From positions 1,500,001 through 1,532,000 of the forward strand of contig NC_010085.1 of NCBI RefSeq assembly GCF_000018465.1: 32,000 bases of DNA. Reading direction: 5' to 3'. Shown piece after piece: positions 25,130 to 32,000 of this stretch. The translations under genes and the position numbers were made by a program. The DNA comes from Nitrosopumilus maritimus SCM1. GTDB lineage: Archaea > Thermoproteota > Nitrososphaeria > Nitrososphaerales > Nitrosopumilaceae. Positions within the stretch are counted from its first letter, which is position 1. Each line of letters begins with the position of its first letter. The notes under the pieces were generated by a model. That model searched no databases. It was not told the origin of the DNA and saw nothing but the letters and a program-made list of their open reading frames with translations.

Positions 25130-26542
25130 TCAAGAAGTCAGGATCTCTGCTACTACAGGAATTACTTCCCATAATGCGACATAATCGCCACTTTCTTGCA
25201 TTTCAGAAGCTACTTCATCAGTGTATAAACCATGAATGTTGATTGCTGGGTGAGCAATGCTTTGTTCTCCCATTGGTGGGACAGCATCACTTGGATTACC
25301 CAAAGCATATGCATAAGATGCTACTGGTGCTGGGATAACTCCTTTCTCAACTAGAACTGGGTTCAAGCCGAATGGGTCACCTGCTACAAAGACTGAAGCT
25401 GCGCCAGTGTAAATTGCTGCATAGTCATGATTTACTGCTGCATATACACCTGGTTCATCAAATACCAAATCAATGATTGCTCCTTGAGAACCTCCAATAT
25501 TCCATGTTTCGGTTCCTGCGGATTGTACTCTGTTACCTTGGACAACTCTATCCAATATTTCTCCTACAATGTGGAAGAAGACTGGTTCGTTACCATTGTT
25601 TTGTACAAAGAGTCTTACGTGTTGATCATTTTCAACAAATAAGAGTTGTGATTGGTATTGCTTGTTTTCAAGTCCATTCCATGGTTGTGCAACAAAGATG
25701 TTCTTGTTTACATCGCCTTTGACGAGTAAGTTATGAGCCATGTTTGGTACATAACCAAATTGCATTCCGTTAACAACTGTTGCAGTGTTATGATGTTGGA
25801 ACATTGCTCCTGCATCATAGTTGCCTTCAGGTGTAAGGTACAATTGATTGTATTGGAGTTGGAACTCTAATGCATCTGCATCATAGAATTTTCTGTCAAG
25901 TTCACCACTACCGCTAGTCTTCTCAACCATTAATTTCTTGTAACCATTTGCAGGATCAACGATTGCAATTCCGTACATGCCGGAAAGGACGTGTTGGTCC
26001 ATACCAATTAGTTTAACACCAGAACAATGGTATTTGAAAGTACCAGCTACTTCTGCGATGTAACAATACTGTGCTGTTTCGCCAGGATTGACAGACTCAA
26101 ATGCTGCTGCAGAAATTTGTGATGCGTGCATGTCGTTACCGTGTCCAGTAACTTCATCATCTGGAATTGTTAGTGTCATTTTGACTACATCACCTTGTGT
26201 GACTCTTAATGTTGGTCCTGGGACTTGTTGATTAAAAGTCATGGCGTTGTAAGTCTTACCACCCATAATTGGTAGCTCAACACTTTCACCAGTCAAGTTA
26301 AACTCAACGACATTACGTCCAGAGTTTTCTAGAACACCACAGTCAGTTTCTGCAAATGCTTGAGGCATTACAAGCTGTAAACCTCCCATTTGATGGATTT
26401 GTTCAAGCACATCGACATCCATACTTTGCATGTCAAGTGATTGTCCAGCAATCTGGGTTTGTGTGTATGTACTTCCGAATAGAGTTGCACCAATAACAGC
26501 TACTGCTGCAATTGTAAATAGTGCATTTATTCTTCTATTCAT
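25130..26542 (-). CDS. nirK: NirK-like copper-containing nitrite reductase / multicopper oxidase
   Basis: 470 aa. HGNDMH matches the NirK H-x3(D)-x-H T1/T2 motif, including the catalytic Asp position. YHCSGVKLIGMDQHVLSGMYG matches H-C...H-x4-M. The N-terminus MNRRINALF resembles a twin-arginine signal. Confidence 0.75.
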   Translation of the reverse strand: MNRRINALFTIAAVAVIGATLFGSTYTQTQIAGQSLDMQSMDVDVLEQIHQMGGLQLVMPQAFAETDCGVLENSGRNVVEFNLTGESVELPIMGGKTYNAMTFNQQVPGPTLRVTQGDVVKMTLTIPDDEVTGHGNDMHASQISAAAFESVNPGETAQYCYIAEVAGTFKYHCSGVKLIGMDQHVLSGMYGIAIVDPANGYKKLMVEKTSGSGELDRKFYDADALEFQLQYNQLYLTPEGNYDAGAMFQHHNTATVVNGMQFGYVPNMAHNLLVKGDVNKNIFVAQPWNGLENKQYQSQLLFVENDQHVRLFVQNNGNEPVFFHIVGEILDRVVQGNRVQSAGTETWNIGGSQGAIIDLVFDEPGVYAAVNHDYAAIYTGAASVFVAGDPFGLNPVLVEKGVIPAPVASYAYALGNPSDAVPPMGEQSIAHPAINIHGLYTDEVASEMQESGDYVALWEVIPVVAEILTS

Positions 26543-26744
26543 TAAGCACCGTGACTGCGAATCCTATATAATAATTCCCCTTGCCTAGAGTGCATTTTCA
26601 CCACATTTTTAAAAATAAAACCAGATTTTTTTCATTGATCGTTTATAGGACTTGTATAAAATAGAAGTTTTTTGCAGATATTAAAAAAACTTGATTTATG
26701 ATCTGAGTGTAGAATTTACATAAATTTCTAAGAAGATGTTTAGA

Positions 26745-27380
26745 CTATGAAATAGGCTTTTCATCTTTTTCTAAGATGTTGTTTCTAGTCCCAAGCCAAT
26801 CAGGCCATCCGGCCCATCCTTTGTTTTTGTATGTTCTATTGGGAGTTGTAGGTATATCTGCAGGTAGCTGAAATGTTTTGTAATATTGCACCCATTGAAG
26901 ATAATTACAAAGTTTTAATTTTCTTGCAAACATTCTAGCTTGATTAAATGGTCTGAATTTTTTGTTTTGTGGAGCTACGGTATAAGTCCCAAGCCAATCC
27001 CCAAACCCTTTCCACTCTTTTGTATAATACTGTCGTGGAACAGATGGGATGTCCTGAGGTTTTTTGTTTGATTTACAAAATTCTAACCAGTCATAATAAG
27101 TTCTTAAATTAAGTGAATGTGCAAATTTTCTCGCATCCTTAAATGATCTAAATTTTTTGTTTTGTGGAGCTACGGTATAAGTCCCAAGCCAATCCCCTAA
27201 CCCCTTCCACTTTTTTGCATAATGTTTTCGTGGAACAGATGGGATGTCCTGAGGTTTTTTGTTTGATTTACAAAACAAAATCCATTCACGTTCATTTTTT
27301 AATTTTAAACTGTGTACATAATCTCGTGCATTCTTAAAAGATTTGAATTTCATATTTTTTCTAATTGTCACATTTATCAC
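26745..27380 (-). CDS. Basic protein made of three ~65-aa repeats (F.(S/P)F..AR.F...L.L....W..(F/Y)(C/Y)K....P.DIP..P...Y...W.G..DWLGT), integrase-repeat-like
   Basis: 211 aa with repeats at aa 12-76, 77-141 and 142-198. The first two are about 75 percent identical and share long identical DNA runs. The start overlaps the stop of the upstream membrane-protein gene (ATGA, 27377-27380). Confidence 0.75.
   Translation of the reverse strand: MINVTIRKNMKFKSFKNARDYVHSLKLKNEREWILFCKSNKKPQDIPSVPRKHYAKKWKGLGDWLGTYTVAPQNKKFRSFKDARKFAHSLNLRTYYDWLEFCKSNKKPQDIPSVPRQYYTKEWKGFGDWLGTYTVAPQNKKFRPFNQARMFARKLKLCNYLQWVQYYKTFQLPADIPTTPNRTYKNKGWAGWPDWLGTRNNILEKDEKPIS
26787..27347. repeat. Intragenic tandem repeat, period 195 bp, about 2.9 units
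   Basis: Identical 47-nt runs lie at 26956-27002 / 27151-27197 and at 27034-27080 / 27229-27275, offset exactly 195 bp (65 codons). The third unit is degenerate. Confidence 0.9.
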
Positions 27381-28417
27381 AACATAATTTGCTTTATCTT
27401 ATTTTCCAAGTACAATACATAGAGTATTACGCCTATTAGAGATATTTCTAAAGACTTTGCAACAATTCCAGATATTTCTATATGTTCAGGGTGATTCTCA
27501 GGAGATAGTGGAGGAGTAAAATTTACAGCATAAATGTACAACCCTAACAAAACAAGAGACCCTAATAATCCAAAAAGATAGACAGTCGTATTTCTTCTAC
27601 GTAAAATACACGTATTTTTTTGCATACCTGTGGAGTCAGTTAGCAGTACAGATAATAACAATACCCCAAAACCAATTTGAGATATTGCAGCTAACAGCAA
27701 GAACATTCCATATTCGATACGGAGTGGGACATGATCAACGTAAACTGACAAATGGATTACTCCTCCAGAAAGAGCTAAAAACATCATAATGTATCGAAGT
27801 GTTTCATATCTTCCTAGCTTTCGTTTTGAAGTTTTATTTTTGTAATTATTTAGCAATGCATATCCAAAAACACCAAAAGGCAATATCACGACAATAACCA
27901 TCAACGAATTCCAAATGGTATTCCAATTCTCTGAAACTGAGACATTGAATAAAACTCTGGTACAATCGCAATTAAATGAACTGGAAGGTATTTGTCTGGG
28001 AGGCATCACATGTTCTTTGGTATTATTTTTTTCAGAAATGCTAAGTACAATTTGATAAGTTCCTTTGTCTTCAAAAACATAAGGGATTTCAAAATCGCCA
28101 ATAGCGCGTTTAGTCCAAGGTTCATAAAACAACCTTTTTTCCATATTTGTACTGTAGATTTCCAACATGGTTTCTAGTTCATACAAATCATTGCCATGTT
28201 CATCTTGAATGCTAAAAATTATTTTAGAATTTTCTCCAGGAGTTGGATTTCGAGGTTCAAATCCAATATAGGAATAATATTTTCCCTCCATTACGCCTCC
28301 TGAGCTGCTTTGTTCCAAATGAGCATATGAATTTGAAGAAGAAAATAGATACAGAAATGTCAATACAAAAAAAATAACAACTATTGAAGATTGTTTTTTA
28401 AGAGAAAATTTGTACAT
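27377..28417 (-). CDS. Membrane protein: exported beta-sandwich domain with a predicted N-terminal His plus a 5-TM C-terminal domain
   Basis: 346 aa. The signal peptide ends ...SSSNSYA|HLEQSS. The sandwich-like segment is FEPRNPTPGENSKIIFSIQDEHGNDL...GTYQIVLSI. Five hydrophobic helices follow, with GGVIHLSVYVDHV in the second. Confidence 0.75.
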   Translation of the reverse strand: MYKFSLKKQSSIVVIFFVLTFLYLFSSSNSYAHLEQSSSGGVMEGKYYSYIGFEPRNPTPGENSKIIFSIQDEHGNDLYELETMLEIYSTNMEKRLFYEPWTKRAIGDFEIPYVFEDKGTYQIVLSISEKNNTKEHVMPPRQIPSSSFNCDCTRVLFNVSVSENWNTIWNSLMVIVVILPFGVFGYALLNNYKNKTSKRKLGRYETLRYIMMFLALSGGVIHLSVYVDHVPLRIEYGMFLLLAAISQIGFGVLLLSVLLTDSTGMQKNTCILRRRNTTVYLFGLLGSLVLLGLYIYAVNFTPPLSPENHPEHIEISGIVAKSLEISLIGVILYVLYLENKIKQIML

Positions 28418-28637
28418 TACAACAGTTTAGATATGTTTTAGAAAAATACTTTTTCAATAACAGTCAAAACAATATCCTTGACCATTTTCAAATAACCATC
28501 ATTAATTCAAACCAAAAAATCTTCATCTCAAATGATTTAAGAATAAAAAAACATGTGCAATAATAGATATAATTGATGTTTTACGGTTGCACTAGTTTAA
28601 AATAAAATTTTGTACAACAAATCCTGTCACCAATATT

Positions 28638-28874
28638 TTAGATATATCGAATATTTTTTGCGATCTTGTATTGTTCCCTGTACTTTGTTGTACGTGGCTT
28701 CACTCTTAGTCTATGACCGCAGCAAGGACACCTAATTCCATCCCATTTCATAAATATATCACAAATGAAACACCTCTTTTGTCCTGAAAGATACCTACGG
28801 GAATTTTTTGGTTTTTTTGCTTTGTAATCTATACAAATATTCTTACAGACCATAATCAAAAAAATATTACTCAC
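28638..28874 (-). CDS. Small basic Cys-rich zinc-ribbon protein (copy 2)
   Basis: 78 aa (or from the internal MVCKN...). The pattern is CKNIC...CFIC...CPCCGH and then LRVKPRTTKYRE. It is a paralog of 16565-16792 and is likewise divergent from a DsbA-like gene. Confidence 0.65.
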   Translation of the reverse strand: MSNIFLIMVCKNICIDYKAKKPKNSRRYLSGQKRCFICDIFMKWDGIRCPCCGHRLRVKPRTTKYREQYKIAKNIRYI

Positions 28875-29001
28875 TTATTCAATCTTGTTTTTTCTAGTAC
28901 TCCACTAAAATGATTTTTATGTAATTTTATGATTGTACTATAATTCTTTTAATTTATTATCATACAAACAAAATTGATTATTAAAAAAGTGAAAAATTAG
29001 A

Positions 29002-29724
29002 ATGGATATAATAGATATTGTAAAAAATAACAAAACTACTCTTATTGCTAGTATTGTTCTTGTGATTGCTATTGCACTGTATTTTACAGAAATTCAAGCA
29101 AAAAATAATTCAGATTTGGGAGAAACTAACAGTTTAGATGCAAAAATATTGCCCGAAACAGAAATTTCAAAAGATGATGACCCACTATTGGGAAATCCCG
29201 ATGCTCCAATATCCATAATTGAATTTTCAGACTATCAGTGTCCTTTTTGTGCTAGATTTTACACTCAAACGTTACCTACCTTAGAATCAGAGTATATTGA
29301 AAAAGGCAAAGTCAATTTTATCTACCGTGACTTTCCAATACAAAATCATCCAAATGCAAGGCCTGCAGCCTTGGCATCAGAATGTGCCGATGAGCAAGAA
29401 CAATTTTGGGAGTATCATGATATTTTATTTAAGAAGCAAGATATGTGGAAAAGATTAGATCTTGATACAGTAACTTCTACATTCAAAGAGTATGCAGAGG
29501 AATTGAATTTGAATCAAGAAATGTTTGATTCTTGTCTTGATTCAGAAAAATATTCAGATGAAGTGGATTCAGATTTTGCAGATGGACGTAGTTATAAAAT
29601 TTCAGGCACACCAACATTTTTTATTGGAAATGAGGAGACAGGGTATTCTTCAGTTTTTGGTGCAAAATCATTTTATGAATTTCAAGAAATAATAGAAGAA
29701 AAATTAGATAAATTGGAAAAATAG
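29002..29724 (+). CDS. Membrane-anchored DsbA/BdbD-like thiol:disulfide oxidoreductase (copy 2)
   Basis: 240 aa with ISIIEFSDYQCPFCARFY and KISGTPTFFIG. By eye it is roughly half identical to copy 1 across the thioredoxin domain. Confidence 0.85.
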   Translation: MDIIDIVKNNKTTLIASIVLVIAIALYFTEIQAKNNSDLGETNSLDAKILPETEISKDDDPLLGNPDAPISIIEFSDYQCPFCARFYTQTLPTLESEYIEKGKVNFIYRDFPIQNHPNARPAALASECADEQEQFWEYHDILFKKQDMWKRLDLDTVTSTFKEYAEELNLNQEMFDSCLDSEKYSDEVDSDFADGRSYKISGTPTFFIGNEETGYSSVFGAKSFYEFQEIIEEKLDKLEK

Positions 29725-29731
29725 TATTAAA

Positions 29732-29953
29732 TTGATTGAAGAGAAAATTGCAAATGATGAAAGTAGATTAGATAATGCTGAAAAACAATTAAAATTCCAT
29801 ATAGATAAAAAATCAAAATTAATCAAACAACTAAAGGATACAAATGAATACAAACTACGAATAAAATTAAAAGAAAAAATCAATGAACAAAAAACTATGA
29901 TAGAAATTTGGATTAATGATATTAATTCAATAAAATCACGAGTAAAAAAATAA
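29732..29953 (+). CDS. Possible small Lys-rich coiled-coil protein
   Basis: 73 aa from a TTG start, 8 nt after the DsbA stop. The composition is low-complexity K/E/I-rich, and I recognised no motif. Confidence 0.3.
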   Translation: MIEEKIANDESRLDNAEKQLKFHIDKKSKLIKQLKDTNEYKLRIKLKEKINEQKTMIEIWINDINSIKSRVKK

Positions 29954-30044
29954 GGTCAATTTCAATAATTTTCATAAAAAATATCTACTAGTACAATGAT
30001 AAAACATTCTTACCAATTATAACCATAAGATGGTGTTGTAAACT

Positions 30045-31619
30045 GTGAATAAATCAAAATATCTAATCATTATTGCCAGTACAATAGTGCTAGCAGCAGT
30101 CGGATTATACGCCTATGATGAATTAATAGAAGACAAGGAATCCAAAATACAAGAGACTCGATCAGAAATAACAATACAAACAGAACCTGAATCAATTGAG
30201 ATTGTAGAGCTTACAGGAACACCACTGGATAACTATTCTCCTGAAGAACGAGATCAGCATTGTGGTAAATCAGATTTTAAATCAACTCGATATATTGAAG
30301 AGTTTGAGATCCCTACACCTTGTACTCAACCTCTTTCAATAATTACAGACTCTGAAGATAATGTATGGTTTGTTCAATCAAATACCGGAAATGTGGCAAT
30401 GTTTGATCCAATAACAAAAGAATTTGTAGAATACCAAAATGATCAATGGAATTTGAAAACGGCATCAATGATGTGGGGAATAACAATAACTGAAGATAAT
30501 GAGATATGGTTTACAGATGAAACAAATGATTACATTTGGAGGTTTTCAATTGATGACAAGACATATTCAAAAATAGACTTTCCTAGTGAAATAGAAAACG
30601 CTTTTCCACAAAAATTAGAATATCATAATGGATATTTCCTGATAAATGATTTTACAGGAAATCGAATTGTAATTTTAAATCATGAAAATTTGGATAATGG
30701 AGAAACAGAGTATGCAGTAATTGCAACACCCTCAGGATTCTTTACTAGTCAGACATCCGTTGATGACGATGAAAACATTTGGTTTGTGATCTGGAAATAC
30801 CAAAAAGAAGCAATTTTGATTAAAACAAATTTTGAAACACGCGAAACTGAAAATTTCATTCTTCCATCTAGCATTAGTGCACCAAATGGAGTTTCAGTTG
30901 GGCCTGCAGGAAATGTGTGGATTGCAGATACTGCAAGTAGTTCATTTTACAGATTCAGCCCAAATGATAACAAAGTAATTGAATTTGTTACATCTGATGC
31001 ACCAATATGGACATTTGGAAATTCGTCAGGATTGATTAAAACACCAATTACTAGACCGTATTGGAATTCATTTGATTCAAATGGAAACATGTGGTTTAAC
31101 CAACAAACAGCAAATAGATTAGCGGTGTTTGACCCTGTTTCAGAGTCATTATTAGAGTACGATATTCCGTCTAAAAATCCGGGATGGGCAGATTGTGGAG
31201 AACTGGTAGACTGTGGGACAGCACAAAGTTTTGATTTTACAGTTCAAAACGGGCAGGTTTGGTTTACAGAATGGGTTGAAAACAATATCGGGGTTTTAGA
31301 TACCTCAGTAGACATTCCTGTAACATTAGATGTAGAACAAAATGAGATTGAGATTAAACAGGGTGAGCAGAAGAAAATCTTTCTTACAATAAAGCCACAA
31401 GAAAAACAAAAAGTGGAATTATTTTTATCTACATCTACCAATTCGGAATTGATTGGAACAGAAACAAATACAGAACCCATATCAATTTCAGAACAAAGTC
31501 AAATTCCAGTCACAATACTTGTTGATGAAAATGCACATCAAGGAGATTATAAAATTCTATTAAGTGCACATCTTTTAGATGTAGTTGTATCAGAATATGT
31601 TACAGTCAAAGTAATTTAG
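30045..31619 (+). CDS. Secreted/anchored Vgb/NHL-like beta-propeller protein with a C-terminal beta-sandwich domain
   Basis: 524 aa from a GTG start (no ATG is available) with an N-terminal anchor. The blades are DNVWFVQSNTGNVAMFDP, EIWFTDETNDYIWRFS, NIWFVIW, NVWIADTASSSFYRFSP, NMWFNQQTANRLAVFDP and QVWFTEWVENNIGVLD. These have the same blade signature as the propeller in 10361-13144. Confidence 0.85.
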   Translation: MNKSKYLIIIASTIVLAAVGLYAYDELIEDKESKIQETRSEITIQTEPESIEIVELTGTPLDNYSPEERDQHCGKSDFKSTRYIEEFEIPTPCTQPLSIITDSEDNVWFVQSNTGNVAMFDPITKEFVEYQNDQWNLKTASMMWGITITEDNEIWFTDETNDYIWRFSIDDKTYSKIDFPSEIENAFPQKLEYHNGYFLINDFTGNRIVILNHENLDNGETEYAVIATPSGFFTSQTSVDDDENIWFVIWKYQKEAILIKTNFETRETENFILPSSISAPNGVSVGPAGNVWIADTASSSFYRFSPNDNKVIEFVTSDAPIWTFGNSSGLIKTPITRPYWNSFDSNGNMWFNQQTANRLAVFDPVSESLLEYDIPSKNPGWADCGELVDCGTAQSFDFTVQNGQVWFTEWVENNIGVLDTSVDIPVTLDVEQNEIEIKQGEQKKIFLTIKPQEKQKVELFLSTSTNSELIGTETNTEPISISEQSQIPVTILVDENAHQGDYKILLSAHLLDVVVSEYVTVKVI

Positions 31620-31737
31620 AGTTACAAATTTTGAACACAGGATATTGAGAGTAGTGTCAACACAAAAGTAGATTCCGAATAAATAAAATTTTTATTTAGA
31701 TTATAGCAAATTAGGTATGAGAATGATCTAACTAAAA

Positions 31738-32000
31738 ATGGAAAAACAAAAAATAATTGGTATTATTTCAATTGTAGTAATAGTTGTAGTGATTGGCTAT
31801 TCTTTGTTAAATGTATATGCATTAGAACAATTAGAATTTAGTGGAGTAGATAATATTTTTAGATTTTTTGAAATGAGTACAGTAAATGGAAAAATAAATA
31901 TCTGCAATAATACTTTTCTTCCAGCAAATTTTAATCAATTTAACATTTTGATATATTTCGAAAGGGAGTTATTAGGAACTTTTACAGTAGATTCTACCAA
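31738..32000 (+). CDS. 5' part of a CDS running off the window (N-terminal TM anchor; LEA_2/NDR1-like flavour)
   Basis: The ATG at 31738 opens MEKQKIIGIISIVVIVVVIGYSLLNVYALEQLEFSGVDNIF...GKINICNNTFLPANFNQFNILIYFERELLGTFTVDST, which stays open to the window edge. The gene is truncated, so the call is tentative. Confidence 0.4.
   Translation, partial: MEKQKIIGIISIVVIVVVIGYSLLNVYALEQLEFSGVDNIFRFFEMSTVNGKINICNNTFLPANFNQFNILIYFERELLGTFTVDST

Noticed and set aside
26787-27347. A 195-bp tandem repeat, considered as a CRISPR array or mobile-element repeat.
   Set aside because: The period is exactly 65 codons inside one intact ORF, and the repeats are conserved at the protein level. There are no spacer-like unique inserts and no cas genes. 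It is an intragenic domain repeat.
26745-27380. An integrase-repeat-like protein, considered as evidence of a prophage or integrative element.
   Set aside because: No integrase catalytic domain, transposase, terminal repeats, tRNA target or phage genes are present in the window. The repeat unit alone is not a recombinase.

Overview
This AT-rich, gene-dense window looks like a marine ammonia-oxidising archaeon (Nitrosopumilus-like Thaumarchaeota). The evidence is PEFG-CTERM sorting tails, a NirK-like enzyme, a multicopper oxidase fused in an operon with a ZIP permease, plastocyanin-type cupredoxins, and promoters with a TATA box about 25 nt before the ATG. I found no rRNA, tRNA, CRISPR array or transposase. 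Apart from a MoxR-DUF58 module at the left edge, nearly the whole window reads as a copper and transition-metal handling island. It holds a CopC-CopD fusion protein, two cupredoxins, a 2-domain MCO with ZIP, NirK, a Znu/Tro-type ABC importer, four metal or redox regulator types (NikR-like, DtxR/MntR-like, HxlR-like, tandem wHTH), two DsbA-like oxidoreductases and many secreted beta-sandwich or beta-propeller proteins. Five things are not explained by routine annotation. (1) An untracked 32-codon ORF (19938-20036) with 10 Cys in CxC runs and a perfect Shine-Dalgarno, which is a candidate archaeal metallothionein. (2) A 37-aa 'IPxW(I/V)(K/R)NNAxWW...GI(Q/E)(Y/F)L' module present 7 times at the termini of four secreted proteins. 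(3) Five exported proteins whose predicted mature N-terminus is His, suggesting histidine-brace Cu sites. (4) A three-unit 19-bp operator-like array, including an iron-box-like palindrome, sitting on the BRE/TATA of the MCO-ZIP operon next to the DtxR-like gene. (5) A duplicated divergent Zn-ribbon/DsbA gene pair bracketing about 12 kb of the island. All family calls come from motif recognition by eye, and no database search was run.
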